DNA from: Phoronis australis
Lineage: Eukaryota > Animalia > Phoronida
Reading direction: 5' to 3'
Length of the DNA: 64,000 bases
Assembly: GCA_002633005.1 (NCBI GenBank)
Contig: NMRA01000215.1
Span: forward strand, 536,852 to 600,851
Positions within the stretch are counted from its first letter, which is position 1. Every line of letters begins with the position of its first letter. The notes below the pieces were generated by a model, which saw nothing but the letters and a program-made list of their open reading frames with translations, was not told the DNA's origin and ran no database searches. A program made the position numbers and the translations under genes. Positions 11,101 through 22,200 of this stretch are shown one piece after another.

Positions 11101-13533
11101 TGGTACATTTCCTAATTTGCGCACATAATGAATCCTATTGCGCACTAAAGGGTTCATCAACGAACTATTTCAAAGACTTGTTGCAAACGGGCCCTTCGTC
11201 GATTTCTGACAATCGGGCGTATATCTGACTCACTTCGTAGTTCCGGGTTCTGCCGCTAGGGGTGCTCCTTCGAATCGCGGCGAATTTTTGGTTCCCAAAC
11301 TAAAGCATTTCAACTTTTCCTGTTGAAAAGTTTATGTAAAAGAGACCCAAAAAGTAATTTTTCATTGTGAGAACAATGATTATCTCATTTAAGGTTATTT
11401 TTTCCTATTTTTGCCACACATTTTTGTAGGTCAGGCCCCTAAGACCTGACTTGTTGCCAGACAGGACCACCCATACTGGCCAAGACAGTTTAGCCAGCAT
11501 ATGTCAAGATAGAAAATGAAAACATTTTAATTTTAGAGTAAACAAATATTACAACTGTGTATTTCTACTCCAGAGCTGTGTTTTGAACCAAAACTTTATG
11601 TTTACTACCATGAAAAACTGTACATGCCTATCAATATTTTTTTATACCATGAATATAGTTTTTACAAAACAATTCAGAGGTTCGTCTAGACTGTTATATG
11701 TCTCAGCCTGGCCTATATCTTTCAGGTAACCTTTGTTGGAAATTGCTGTGAACCAAACCAGTTGTTATTTTCTTCATCATTTTTCCTTATAATTTCATTC
11801 CTATTTGTCAGTTTACTATACATATCATCATGTCTCGCATTTCTGTCTCATCAGACTAGCTCTTGGTCAAGATCCTTCTTCTTTCCTGCTTCTACCGATT
11901 CTACTTGCAGTCAGCAAGTGAGTTTGGCTCAATACCCACTACGATGAAGATGAGGCTGTGCGCACATTTCGGGTGATGGACGATTTTGGTCAAGAGGACC
12001 TCGAAGTGCTGGAGTCAGTGCTCCATATTGTGCATAGGTATTCCACTGACTTAACACCCCCCTTCCTTGAGGATGATACAACTCTGTGAAGTACTCCATT
12101 GACTTAGTGAAAGTGTATGCCCCCCCCCCCCTTCCTCGAGGATGCCATAAGTCTGTAAGGCACTCCACTGACTTTCGATAGTCAGTGAAAGGGTTTGGCC
12201 CCTAGAGGCCACAAGTCTGTGAAAGGAACTCCACTGCCTGTCTGTTTACTTGCTGGTACTCACTGTCAATAATCAGTGAAAAGGTTTGACCTTCCTTCCT
12301 TGAGAACTTTATTTATCTGCCCATCATACATACCTTTATGTGTTCATATCAAGACAACTTTGGAAATAAATATTGCAGTTGTCGTTTGCATAGCATGAAC
12401 TTTCCTGCATGGCTCAAGACAAGGTGTACATTTTGTTACATTGTTGTGGAAAGTATGTTTAATTTCTATTTACTGTATGAAGCTTGTATTAATTTTTTTT
12501 GTTTGTCATGCTTTTCATCAAAACATATTTGAAATGATGTTGTTTATCTTTAATTTTTTAAAGTAATGCATTTTGACAAAGTTAAGCCAGTCGCAAACTG
12601 CGTGTCAACAAAAAAGTCACAAAATAATATCAATAATTTGCCCAACCAATTATCAGATTTCAACTTCCCTGATAAAAAATCTTGAACTGATACTAGCTTA
12701 TTTTTTTCTTGAGTAATTGTAATTTTATGCCAATTTGAAACGACGAAATTGTACGTACTGACTTTTCTTCGTCGGCTTTGTTGACTCTAAGGTCAATATC
12801 TTCGCACAGGAATGTCCAATCGGAATGTTCTTTTTTGCAAATTATTCATCATAAAATTTTCTTTGAAATGATGTATAACATGTCTATCTAGGTTACGTAG
12901 ATTTGTAACCATAATATTTCAAACTCACAAATTTGATTTGACAGAATTTTTATCAAAAAATTTGACACAAAAACACCATTTTCTCTGGAACCGTAAGTCC
13001 GATTAAAAAAATTTTTGTACCGTTCTTTTAGTCTCGTGGAGAGCTTTCTCGTGATGTATATTACATGCACATTTTCAAAAATTTTTGAAAAATGCCGTTC
13101 TCACTACCTTTACTTTGTTGTTCAGTTTTATTATTTCTAATATACAAAAACATTCAACAAATTAGGTGTACAATGAAATTTTTAGTAACATCTCATTAGT
13201 ACCGTAGGCGAAGACATAACATGTGAAAATGAAACTTTCTCCAAAGTCATCTCTAACTTCATATCTCAAAATGACGAAATCAATGATAAAAGTTGACACA
13301 ACGTGAAAATAACAAATCTACGCCCTACGCCGCGAGGATTGCATAAGTTAGCCAGAAGTAAGAAAGGTCTGTTTTAAAACATAAACACAATCGTACAACA
13401 AGAATGAATTAAATGAATACAATAACAACGATAATTCACAAGCGTACCTTTTTGAGATGTAATGGCAATGCGGACTGTGTCTTATCTCTGTCAAACAACG
13501 CACAAAACGCATACACATGCCGACTGAGGCCAT
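5112..13533 (-). CDS. GRPEL1: Mitochondrial GrpE nucleotide-exchange factor (GRPEL1/2 homologue), 3 coding exons, 228 aa
   Basis: Exons 13533-13448 (MASVGMCMRFVRCLTEIRHSPHCHYISK, presequence-like), 6285-6114 and 5540-5112 (DKYKRSLAETENVRQRL...FGIQGFCKDLLEVAD...FDPNFHEALF...GYKLHERTIRPALVGV). Both introns are GT-AG with phases 2 and 0, and the frame is continuous. Candidate polyA signal AATAAA at 4549-4544. Confidence 0.95.
6983..7068. repeat. 17-bp tandem repeat (TTGTCATATGGAATGTA) x5
   Basis: Perfect tandem copies; they explain the repetitive ORFs at 6782 and 6964. Confidence 0.95.
7686..9985. mobile_element. Copy A of a diverged ~2-kb repeat (probable non-autonomous DNA transposon relic) in GrpE intron 1
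   Basis: Colinear with 11368-13100 from GAGAACAATGATT to TTTTCAAAAATTTTTGAAAAATGC, with internal sub-repeats GTGAAAGGGTTTGGCCCC. Confidence 0.7.
10702..10747 (-). ncRNA. Minimal type I hammerhead ribozyme motif (left arm)
   Basis: Exact reverse complement of 10937-10982; it is in sense orientation in the GrpE pre-mRNA. Confidence 0.7.
10937..10982 (+). ncRNA. Minimal type I hammerhead ribozyme motif (right arm)
   Basis: ACTT-CTGAGGA-T-GGTGT(loop)ACACC-GAAA-CATGTC-AAGT: stem I ACTT/AAGT, CUGANGA core, stem II, GAAA, palindromic ACAUGU, GUC cleavage triplet. Confidence 0.7.
11368..13110. mobile_element. Copy B of the diverged intronic repeat
   Basis: Aligns by eye with 7686-9985, with internal deletions; ends ...CTCACTACCTTT. 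Confidence 0.7.
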
Positions 13534-16205
13534 TTTGGACTGAATTAGTTATGTATCTCCAATGTTGAAGAGCAAACCAATGTACCTTCGTAGCGCCCTC
13601 ATGTGTTGACAAAGGTTCTTCAGCAGGCGAGACTGCTGTGCCTGGAATCCTACTCACCGGCACCGGCTCAAGATCGCGTTTGAGTGAACTTGGAATTGAA
13701 TATTCATTAAAGCTGTCAGGTGATTTTTTGGTTATTGTGAAGAATTGCTGTAATTATTGGCCCCACGATCACCCATTTTCTTCTTTCCCGTAGTGTCACG
13801 GAATCGGAGGACTATGCCGGGCGGGAGGGGCCTCCGACACCCGGCCCAATATTATTGTTTGGTGAACAAGGTCGCCAATTAAGGTTGGTTGAATTTTACA
13901 TTATTTTATTAACATGTAATTTGTTTTAGTACACTGAAATTTTTTATCAATATGAACATGATTATTTGAGTGAACTAGTCAAGTTTCCTCGTGTTAGTCA
14001 CGCCGATCCGGCATCACTCACTGACTCGGAGCAGCGCCGTCATTTCAAACGTTTTACGCGCAGAAAATCTCTCCGTCTCTTGTACGGGCTTTGGCACTAA
14101 AGACGAGGTCTGGGGCAGAAAGACATGGAGACTATTTTTACTATAAACCCACGTTGCGTATCTTACGTAGGTTAAAGGAGAATGCCACCCGATTTAATTC
14201 TAGCCCAAGTTGGCCGTGTCGACTCCGTTTCGATCTGTGCCGCTCTCAGTTACAATGCAAACTGAACCGGGTTAAAAAAAGCAGACCCATGGGCTCAAAT
14301 GCGGCAACACCACTACAAAATTGCTAACCAAAATTCTTGAAAAGAGGAAGACTGAGCTCCCGAACTTTTCAGTACCAGAGGCAAAACGGGCGGGTGCGTT
14401 ATGGGGCCCCGGCGGCCAATGCAGGAAGGGATGATTACCTAGGCTTTTATGCAAAACTTAGGTGAATGCACCATTATGCAAAACACTTGGGTAAAAAGCC
14501 ACAAAAAGGTTTTATTTCGATATAGGCGGCCTATGCGCCTATAGCGCGGCAATTCAGTATAAGTGTAGCTGAGTGTGCTCACTAACTTGAGAAAACGCCT
14601 CAACGGTCAGCCGTGTGGGCGACCGACCGGGTAATTAGTTCCCTCGGTCAGAAATCATATGCCATGGTGCCAGCATATTGTTTTACTTTGCTACGCAGAA
14701 CAATGCAAAATCAAGTAGTCGTATTGCCTCTGAGCAGACTCGATCCCAATTCGATTCGGTCGGACTGTCCACACCGTACGTGGCACTCCTTGCTTTGGAT
14801 CACACTTGTACCGCCAACGTAAGGCGGCGCTACCATACACTGAAGGCTTACTGGTAACCTACTCGTGTAAGTTTCAGGTATTGTGTTTGTACATGATGGG
14901 TCTCGCTTCCTGGCAATTGTCGCCCACGGGATGATTAATTAATTTGCACGGTTCTACATGGACAGACAGGCAGCTGGTGCTGACCACATTCACCGGATTT
15001 GTAGCCTACCGTTTAGCCGGTGTTTGTGCACGAGGCCTGCGCCGCTTGCGGTTTGGAGTGTGACGTCCACGTCAGATTCTTAGCTTCTGACCTTGGCCAA
15101 CTCGGCCATCCTTCCGACAGTTTTAGTGAAAAAGATACACTTTGGGAGGTAATTGTGCGCACTGTCAATTTCTGTTCAATTTCATTTCTGTTATGACGTA
15201 GGAGCCGGTTTTCAGAATCTCAGATGTCACACTGTCACTGAGTTCAGTTAGTGGCGAACCATATGCTTTAGAAGCAATATTGCATCATCATTGGTTCTCG
15301 TGCCCAACAAATAGCCGAACCGGCATATTAACCGGCATCTCCTTGTTGGTGAGTGGCTCTTTTCTACATTTGTCTATATTTCATTTAATTCAACTGAATT
15401 AAAGTTCAACTCTAGACCGATATGCAGTGGAGCTGTGAGGCAATGCAGGAGTCCTGTCAAGATTTAGACCATCCTGGGATCCATTCATCAATGGTAAATG
15501 AAGACCATGCAACTTTTCTACAACTAGTAGAATCACCATCGATCTTGCTTGGAGTGTCACAGCAAATCCTGATAGTTGATGAATGCAATGCGCATGCAAA
15601 ATTTTAAAATCTGGCATTCAGTTTACTCACAAGATAAACAGATAGTTAAATTCGAATTGTAAGGTGAAAAAGCCATGTCTGGCTGTCCTTTGAAAAACAG
15701 CCCAGATAAACCATAGATATCTTGGTGTTTTGGTCAACTAGTGGTCAAAAGTTTTAAGTCAGGTTACCAAGATGTGTTGTCAGCACATGAATAAACAGAC
15801 TCAGGTCACTGACCTGATATGAGCCAAGGTCTGCAGGGTATATGGTATGTCAGAAGCACCACACTTATATGTTTGCAGATCGTATGACTGTGCAGAATTG
15901 TATAAATAATCTGGTCTATATCGCATGCATATGTTTTAGTTTTCCTTTTACAATATGGATGCATGTATGAGGTATTTAATTAGTTGTATTAATTGTGCGA
16001 ACAGTTGATTGTCTTGCACCATCCAATTCATGTTTTATCTTTTAGCTATACCTGGCTTTCTGTTTACTTACTTGTCAGTTTCTGTGGTGTAAGAGATATG
16101 CTATTTACTCTAAGTTTACACACGTGTATATCAATTTATTTCAGGTTCAGGTTTCTTCATCTCAGTACAGTTGACTGGACAAACAAGGACTATAGGTAAA
16201 AAATC
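13534..16205. promoter_or_regulatory. Divergent promoter/5' UTR region shared by GrpE and P5CS
   Basis: Start codons are 2.67 kb apart, head-to-head. The region is locally CpG-rich, with a GC box at ~13819, TGACGT at 15061 and 15194, and ATTGCATCA at 15279. Candidate P5CS non-coding exon donor GTGAGT at 15349 and acceptor TTTCAG at 16144. Confidence 0.6.
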
Positions 16206-19200
16206 ATGTTCAGCCAATTAAGCCGGACACACATGGCTTCTCTGATACCATCACGCTGGACTGTTAAGTCACGTGACAGTTTCATGCGCATGGTGAATTT
16301 ATTCAGCACGTCTGGCGCAGTGAACAAGGTAGCCAATTTTAGATCTGAGTTGATGGACTCTCGTCGAATAGTAATCAAACTGGGAAGTGCTGTGATCACT
16401 CGCGAGGATGAGTGCGGTCTCGCTCTCGGTCGGCTTGCCTCCATCACTGAACAGGTAAGATGTAGGGCTTACGTGTGTTAAAGTGGAGCCCACTAAATAT
16501 CACATCAGATAACAGAATATCCCACTTACTCTAAGTATTGTCGTGAAATTTAAAAAGTTGTAATCACTTCCCGTCAAACCCATGAACCCCAATATGTCAT
16601 CCCGAATAATGTCAAGTTAAAAATTAGAAAATGGACTGTTACTCACTTTTTACAGTTGGATTGTGTAGTTTCTTTTCTATAGATCTGAAAACCAACCTAA
16701 TTCTTCTTCATTTTCAATTCAATTACCTTGTAAGAACTTGGCGTGGGGGAGGGTTAAAATCCTATTTGTCCGTTTTACTCTACAGGTCTCTCCACTAATT
16801 TGGAACCTATCAAAATTTATGTCAAAACCGAGGGTATGACATTATGTGGGCTCCAGTGCCGCACTGTTCTGTACAACTATCCTGTATTTAGCTGGTTAGT
16901 TGCGGGACAAAAGTCAATATGATTTGTCATTTAAAATAAAGTGCACACGATTTTTCTGCAGCAAAGTGTTCCACTCATGAGATCGTTCACCAGTTACTGT
17001 GTTGCGTTTGAGGGAAGTGGTGTAGATGGATCACATGATGTACCCACAATACCATACACTGATGAGATCCATGAATATTCCCTTTCTACATTTTCACTCT
17101 CATGAAATGGCGTCAGTCATTTTTGCAGCTTGATCAGACACATTCAGTGTGCAGACAGTGGCAATTTGGTCATGTAATTTTTGTGTATTGGACCAATTGA
17201 CATTTAGAGAGGGATTATGGGAATTCCTCAAGGGTCAATATTTTTAAAGTAGAATATTTGTGTGACAAACCTAAGGTACAGGTTGAAAGTAACAGGTGTT
17301 GCTGAACATTTAAGCAGTTTGATTAAGTTTCTTAAATTTTCTTTAAAAAGTAATAACAATAAATTATTAATGGATACTGAAAAAAGCTGTCCTTTGACAA
17401 CTTCAATGTCAACATGGAGCCCAAAATGTTTTTCCTTTTAAGAAAAAAATTGTGCTCTAAAAAGGATACCAAACACGGTTTTGGCCTATTAACAGAATCT
17501 GATATTAAAGCCTAATTTCAATGGAATTATTGTTATTTTAGATGTATTGGGCTAACCAGATAGTCCTAGCAAAGCCAGTTAGTAAAATAAGAAAACGTTC
17601 AATCACCCAAATGTAAGTGAGCCTGTCTTTTTGTGCCATGTTGTGTCACCGCGAGATCCCAGCAGAAACAACAAAAGGTTGTAATGAATAGGGGTCTGAA
17701 TAGAGCACCATTGCGTGCGGGTGTTATTCGCAGCTGTTTGAATTAAAAGGTGATTCTCGTGGTGGCATACACAAACGCAAGCCAATACGCCTAACACTTT
17801 GTTACATTTGGCTATTTGTGGCACTAGTGGGCTCAGGGCGATGCTCTTAACATGCTGTAGGAACCAAGTTTACTGGTGTTACTGTTGAAGNGTGTGACAA
17901 ACCTAAGGTACAGGTTGAAAGTAACAGGTGTTGCTGAACATTTAAGCAGTTTGATTAAGTTTCTTAAATTTTCTTTAAAAAGTAATGTCCTTTGACAACT
18001 TCAATGTCAACATGGAGCCCAAAATGTTTTTCCTTTTAAGAAAAAAATTGTGCTCTAAAAAGGATACCAAACACGGTTTTGGCCTATTAACAGAATCTGA
18101 TATTAAAGTCTAATTTCAATGGAATTATTGTTATTTTAGATGTATTGGGCTAACCAGATAGTCCTAGCAAAGCCAGTTAGTAAAATAAGAAAACGTTCAA
18201 TCACCCAAATGTAAGTGAGGCTGTCTTTTTGTGCCATGTTGTGTCACCGCGAGATCCCAGCAGAAACAACAAAAGGTTGTAATGAATAGGGGTCTGAATA
18301 GAGCACCATTGCGTGCGGGTGTTATTCGCAGCTGTTTGAATTAAAAGGTGATTCTCGTGGTGGCATACACAAACGCAAGCCAATACGCCTAACACTTTGT
18401 TACATTTGGCTATTTGTGGCACTAGTGGGCTCAGGGCGATGCTCTTAACATGCTGTAGGAACCAAGTTTACTGGTGTTACTGTTGAAGATATACTTTAAA
18501 AACATTATTTCCCACCCAATTCTCTGAAACAAAACAATGCTCTGTAACCCACGACAAGTCTCAAAAGTTTGGAGGAAATTTTGAAACCTCCTTTCAAAGT
18601 CTGCGAAATGGGCAAGTTAATTACATGGCAGCTGTGGGGAAGACCACTCACCAAGACCCATAATATGCTATTTGGGACACAGGAAGTATGAGCTTTTAGC
18701 TGATTCCTGCTTTTATTTTTAAAAATTGAGGCCAATGATGCATTATCAGGTGACAGAACGCCACATTGATTGAAATCATCAAAACAAGGTTTGGTATCTT
18801 TTAAGCAGTTTTTATCTACTGTACAGTTGATGATTTGATTTGTCTGTGTACATCTAGGTGGCGCTACTGCAGAATCAAGGCAAAGAGATGTTAATGGTGA
18901 CCAGCGGGGCTGTGGCATTCGGTAAACAGAAGTTACGCCAAGAAATGTTGATGTCTATGAGCATGAGACAGTCTCTGAGTTCTCATGACAGTAAACTGGT
19001 ATAATGTTCTTGTTATCACTGGTGTATGAATGTTTAGTGATGATGTGTCTGGCACTATGTTGTGCTTTGGACCCGCAAATAGATAGAATTGTGCAGTCTC
19101 ACCACATTGTCAAAATAGTTTGTAGGTTTTGGAAATTTTTCCCATTCATGTAACCACCACAAGGGCATTTATGAACTTGAAAGCTTAACAACATCGAAGT

Positions 19201-22200
19201 GGCTTGAAATTTACTCGATCAACAGCTCTCAGTAAACCCACCTGTGATGAATTACCATCAAAACCTGGTCTGATGCTTTCCTTTTATTCAGTTTGGAAGT
19301 AATTTCTAGCCTTGCCATTGGTTGTTACTCCGTTATTGCTTCAGACAATGCTTTCGTAGTGTTTGGAATGTTCTGGAACATTCTGTTTGTCACTTGACTA
19401 TAGTAGTGCACTTGTGAGAGTTGTACAGCCGAATATAGTAGTTTTGTGATTTGTCATATTTAGGGCAAGCCCCTTCTGGAGCCGAGAGCATGTGCCGCGG
19501 CTGGGCAGAGTGGTCTGATGTCTATGTACGAAGCCATGTTTAATCAATATGGTGTCAAGATAGCGCAGGTGTGTGGTTATTATCAAATTGTTGTGCATTA
19601 AGGAATTAAAAGAAAAAAGCCAATGAGCTAGTTTGCAAGATGTGAGTGAAGTTTGAGATTTCTGTAACAAAAAGCATCGAAAGTTAGGCTTTACTGAAAA
19701 AAATTAAAAGAGTGGAGAAGAATAGACTAAAACCTTCAATTCAAATGACATGCACACTTTCATCTTTCAGTGTAGCTAAGGACTGGAGATTCCAATGTGC
19801 AAAATACATCAAAGAGATTTTTTGAAATAATGAAAAAGAATATATTAATATTGGCCTATACACAGACAGATGTAGTATCTCCTGCTATGGTTTATGTGAG
19901 ATCGATCAAATAATACACTACAACCACACATTATGTGGAAAGTCTTTTGGGGAGCTGTAAATGTGTAACTTATATTTATTTTTGTCTTCATATGGCTGCT
20001 CAATATCCTGGTCATTTAATGCAAAACAAGTCACGTTATGTTATTCTGAAAAATAACAGCATCCCATGATCAATGCAACCTGGAAAATGGAAGGTAATCT
20101 TTGTCACCTGCATAAAGTATGATTTATACTTTAATGAGTAAAATGAGTATGTTATGCAAATTGATGAAGTCTTTGATGTGTTCCGCCTTTTGCCAGGGTA
20201 GGGACTACTGGCCTTTGTCTTTTGGCTTTAGGCAAAAGTCAGAAGTCTTTATACCAGGAATAATCAAAAGTTGCTTTATTTATCTTTTACACTTCTCGTG
20301 TTTGGTCTAGTTTACCAGATTACATAATTCTATCCTTTGACGTGGGGTTTTATCTCAGCCAAATTGATTAATCACCGCTTTGCTCTTGAAGGGGTCATGC
20401 TTGTTGCGGATGTCATTTTGTTTGAAGTGGTATTTATTGATCTGTTTTTATTTCAGATACTGGTTACGAAGCCTGACTTTTACCATGAACATAGTCGTAA
20501 GAACTTGATCAGTACGCTGAATGAATTGATGAGACTCAACATTGTCCCCATCATCAACTCCAACGATGCAGTGGCATCAGCGCCAGAACTAGACAAAGAC
20601 TTGGCTGGTGTAAGGGTTCAAGTTCAAGGGCATTGACGCCTCGTCAAATTTTAAACTTAATGTTGATTTGATTATTGCTTATGGCTCTACAGTCCATTTC
20701 CCAACTGGCATCCCTGTTTCATCTAGAGCCATTTTAGATCACTAAATAGGTTCTGTTGACCGGTAGGTTTCGTGTAAGTAATAATTTTTTACTTTTACAG
20801 CCAAAGATTGAAAGCAAACCTTGACAGTTTCGCTGAATCATATTTGGCTCTATCATAATAAATTTGACAGATGGTGCATCGGGCTGCAATAGATAATGGT
20901 ACTACTAATCCTCAGTGGAACACAACGTGCCATCTGTCGAACTTATTTTGATCAGACCGAATGGTAACCTTATTCAGTGAAAATGTCTAGGTTTGCTTTC
21001 AGTTTTTGTCCGTGACAGAAAATTGATACATACAAAACCATTTTAATCTGAATGAAACCAACCACGGAAATTTTATGGTTTCATCCCAAAGTTCTTTTGT
21101 TTTAGAGGTGGGGAACAGAGGTGAGTGTCGGTGTTAGCATGGAGTGGTGACATGCATGTCATAAATGACCTGTACTGTTCAATTATAGCTGCCCGTCCAC
21201 CTCAACATCATCAAAGAATTCTGGAGCATGATTGTGTTTAAATGATTGCCTTTTTCTGTTTCCCCTTGAAAGACTTCAGTCTGTGTAAAAAGTACACAAT
21301 TTGTGGTGTGTGATTGTCATTAGGACTTCGTCCCTGAAGAGCAACACCTTTGCCTATTGAGGGTGTGTAGAGGCTGCAGAAGTCTGTCTCAGTTGCCACA
21401 GCAATAGGGTTCTGATGACCTCATGTTGCATGCAATCCACTACTTGTCAGTCATTATCATTGATGAGAATGTATTGTGTTGAGGTTGAAACAAGGTCAAC
21501 ACAGCAGTCTCCATGGCGTCAGCCATTGTCCAGACAACAGTCTCCTTGTCACTTCACATTTGACATTTTTCGTAAAGAGAACTTCAAATTAAATTTACAG
21601 TTGTCAACACCCCATGTTCATGTCTTCATAGTGACTTATTTTGTTCTTGTCAGTTTTCACTCCGTAATTTACACAAAAATGTCAATCTGCCTTCTCTAGA
21701 AGTGACTATTCATTATTGTTTGGAACTAGTCTCATCAAGCAATAAAAAAGTGTCAGCCCCTTCAAAGCCCAGAAGTCACTTCCAGTGTAAGCAGGGAACA
21801 CTTTAAGACAAGTTTCACAGACAGTTTGGTGGACTGTAGTAAAGTGGGCTTTTCATTGAAAGACAATTTCACAGCATATTTATTGTTTTTCTCTTTTATA
21901 TGCAATGACGTATTTCAGTATTTCCCTCTTGCATCCTGCAGGTAATTAGTATAAAAGACAATGATAGCCTGGCAGCTCGCCTGTGTGCGGAGATCAGCGC
22001 CGACCTGCTTGTCATCATGTCCGATGTCAATGGTCTCTACACCTGCCCACCCAATGTGGAAGGTTCCCGCCTTCTTCACACTTTCTCGCCCTATGTTGAT
22101 GGGTCGAACGTAATCTTTGGGGAGAAGTCACGTGTTGGTCTCGGTGGAATGGAGTCCAAGGTTTGAACTAGCAATTACCGACTTGATATCACTTCATATC

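Noticed and set aside
17603-18422. Two nearly identical 73-aa ORFs suggesting a duplicated small gene
   Set aside because: Produced by the duplication across the N gap; no homology recognised.
19244-19273. C/D box snoRNA (GTGATGA...CTGA)
   Set aside because: Only ~30 nt between the boxes, which is too short.
21936-21947. CAG|GTAATT as a recursive splice site (also at 26918 and 44805)
   Set aside because: Explained by ordinary acceptors followed by conserved codons; the introns are short.
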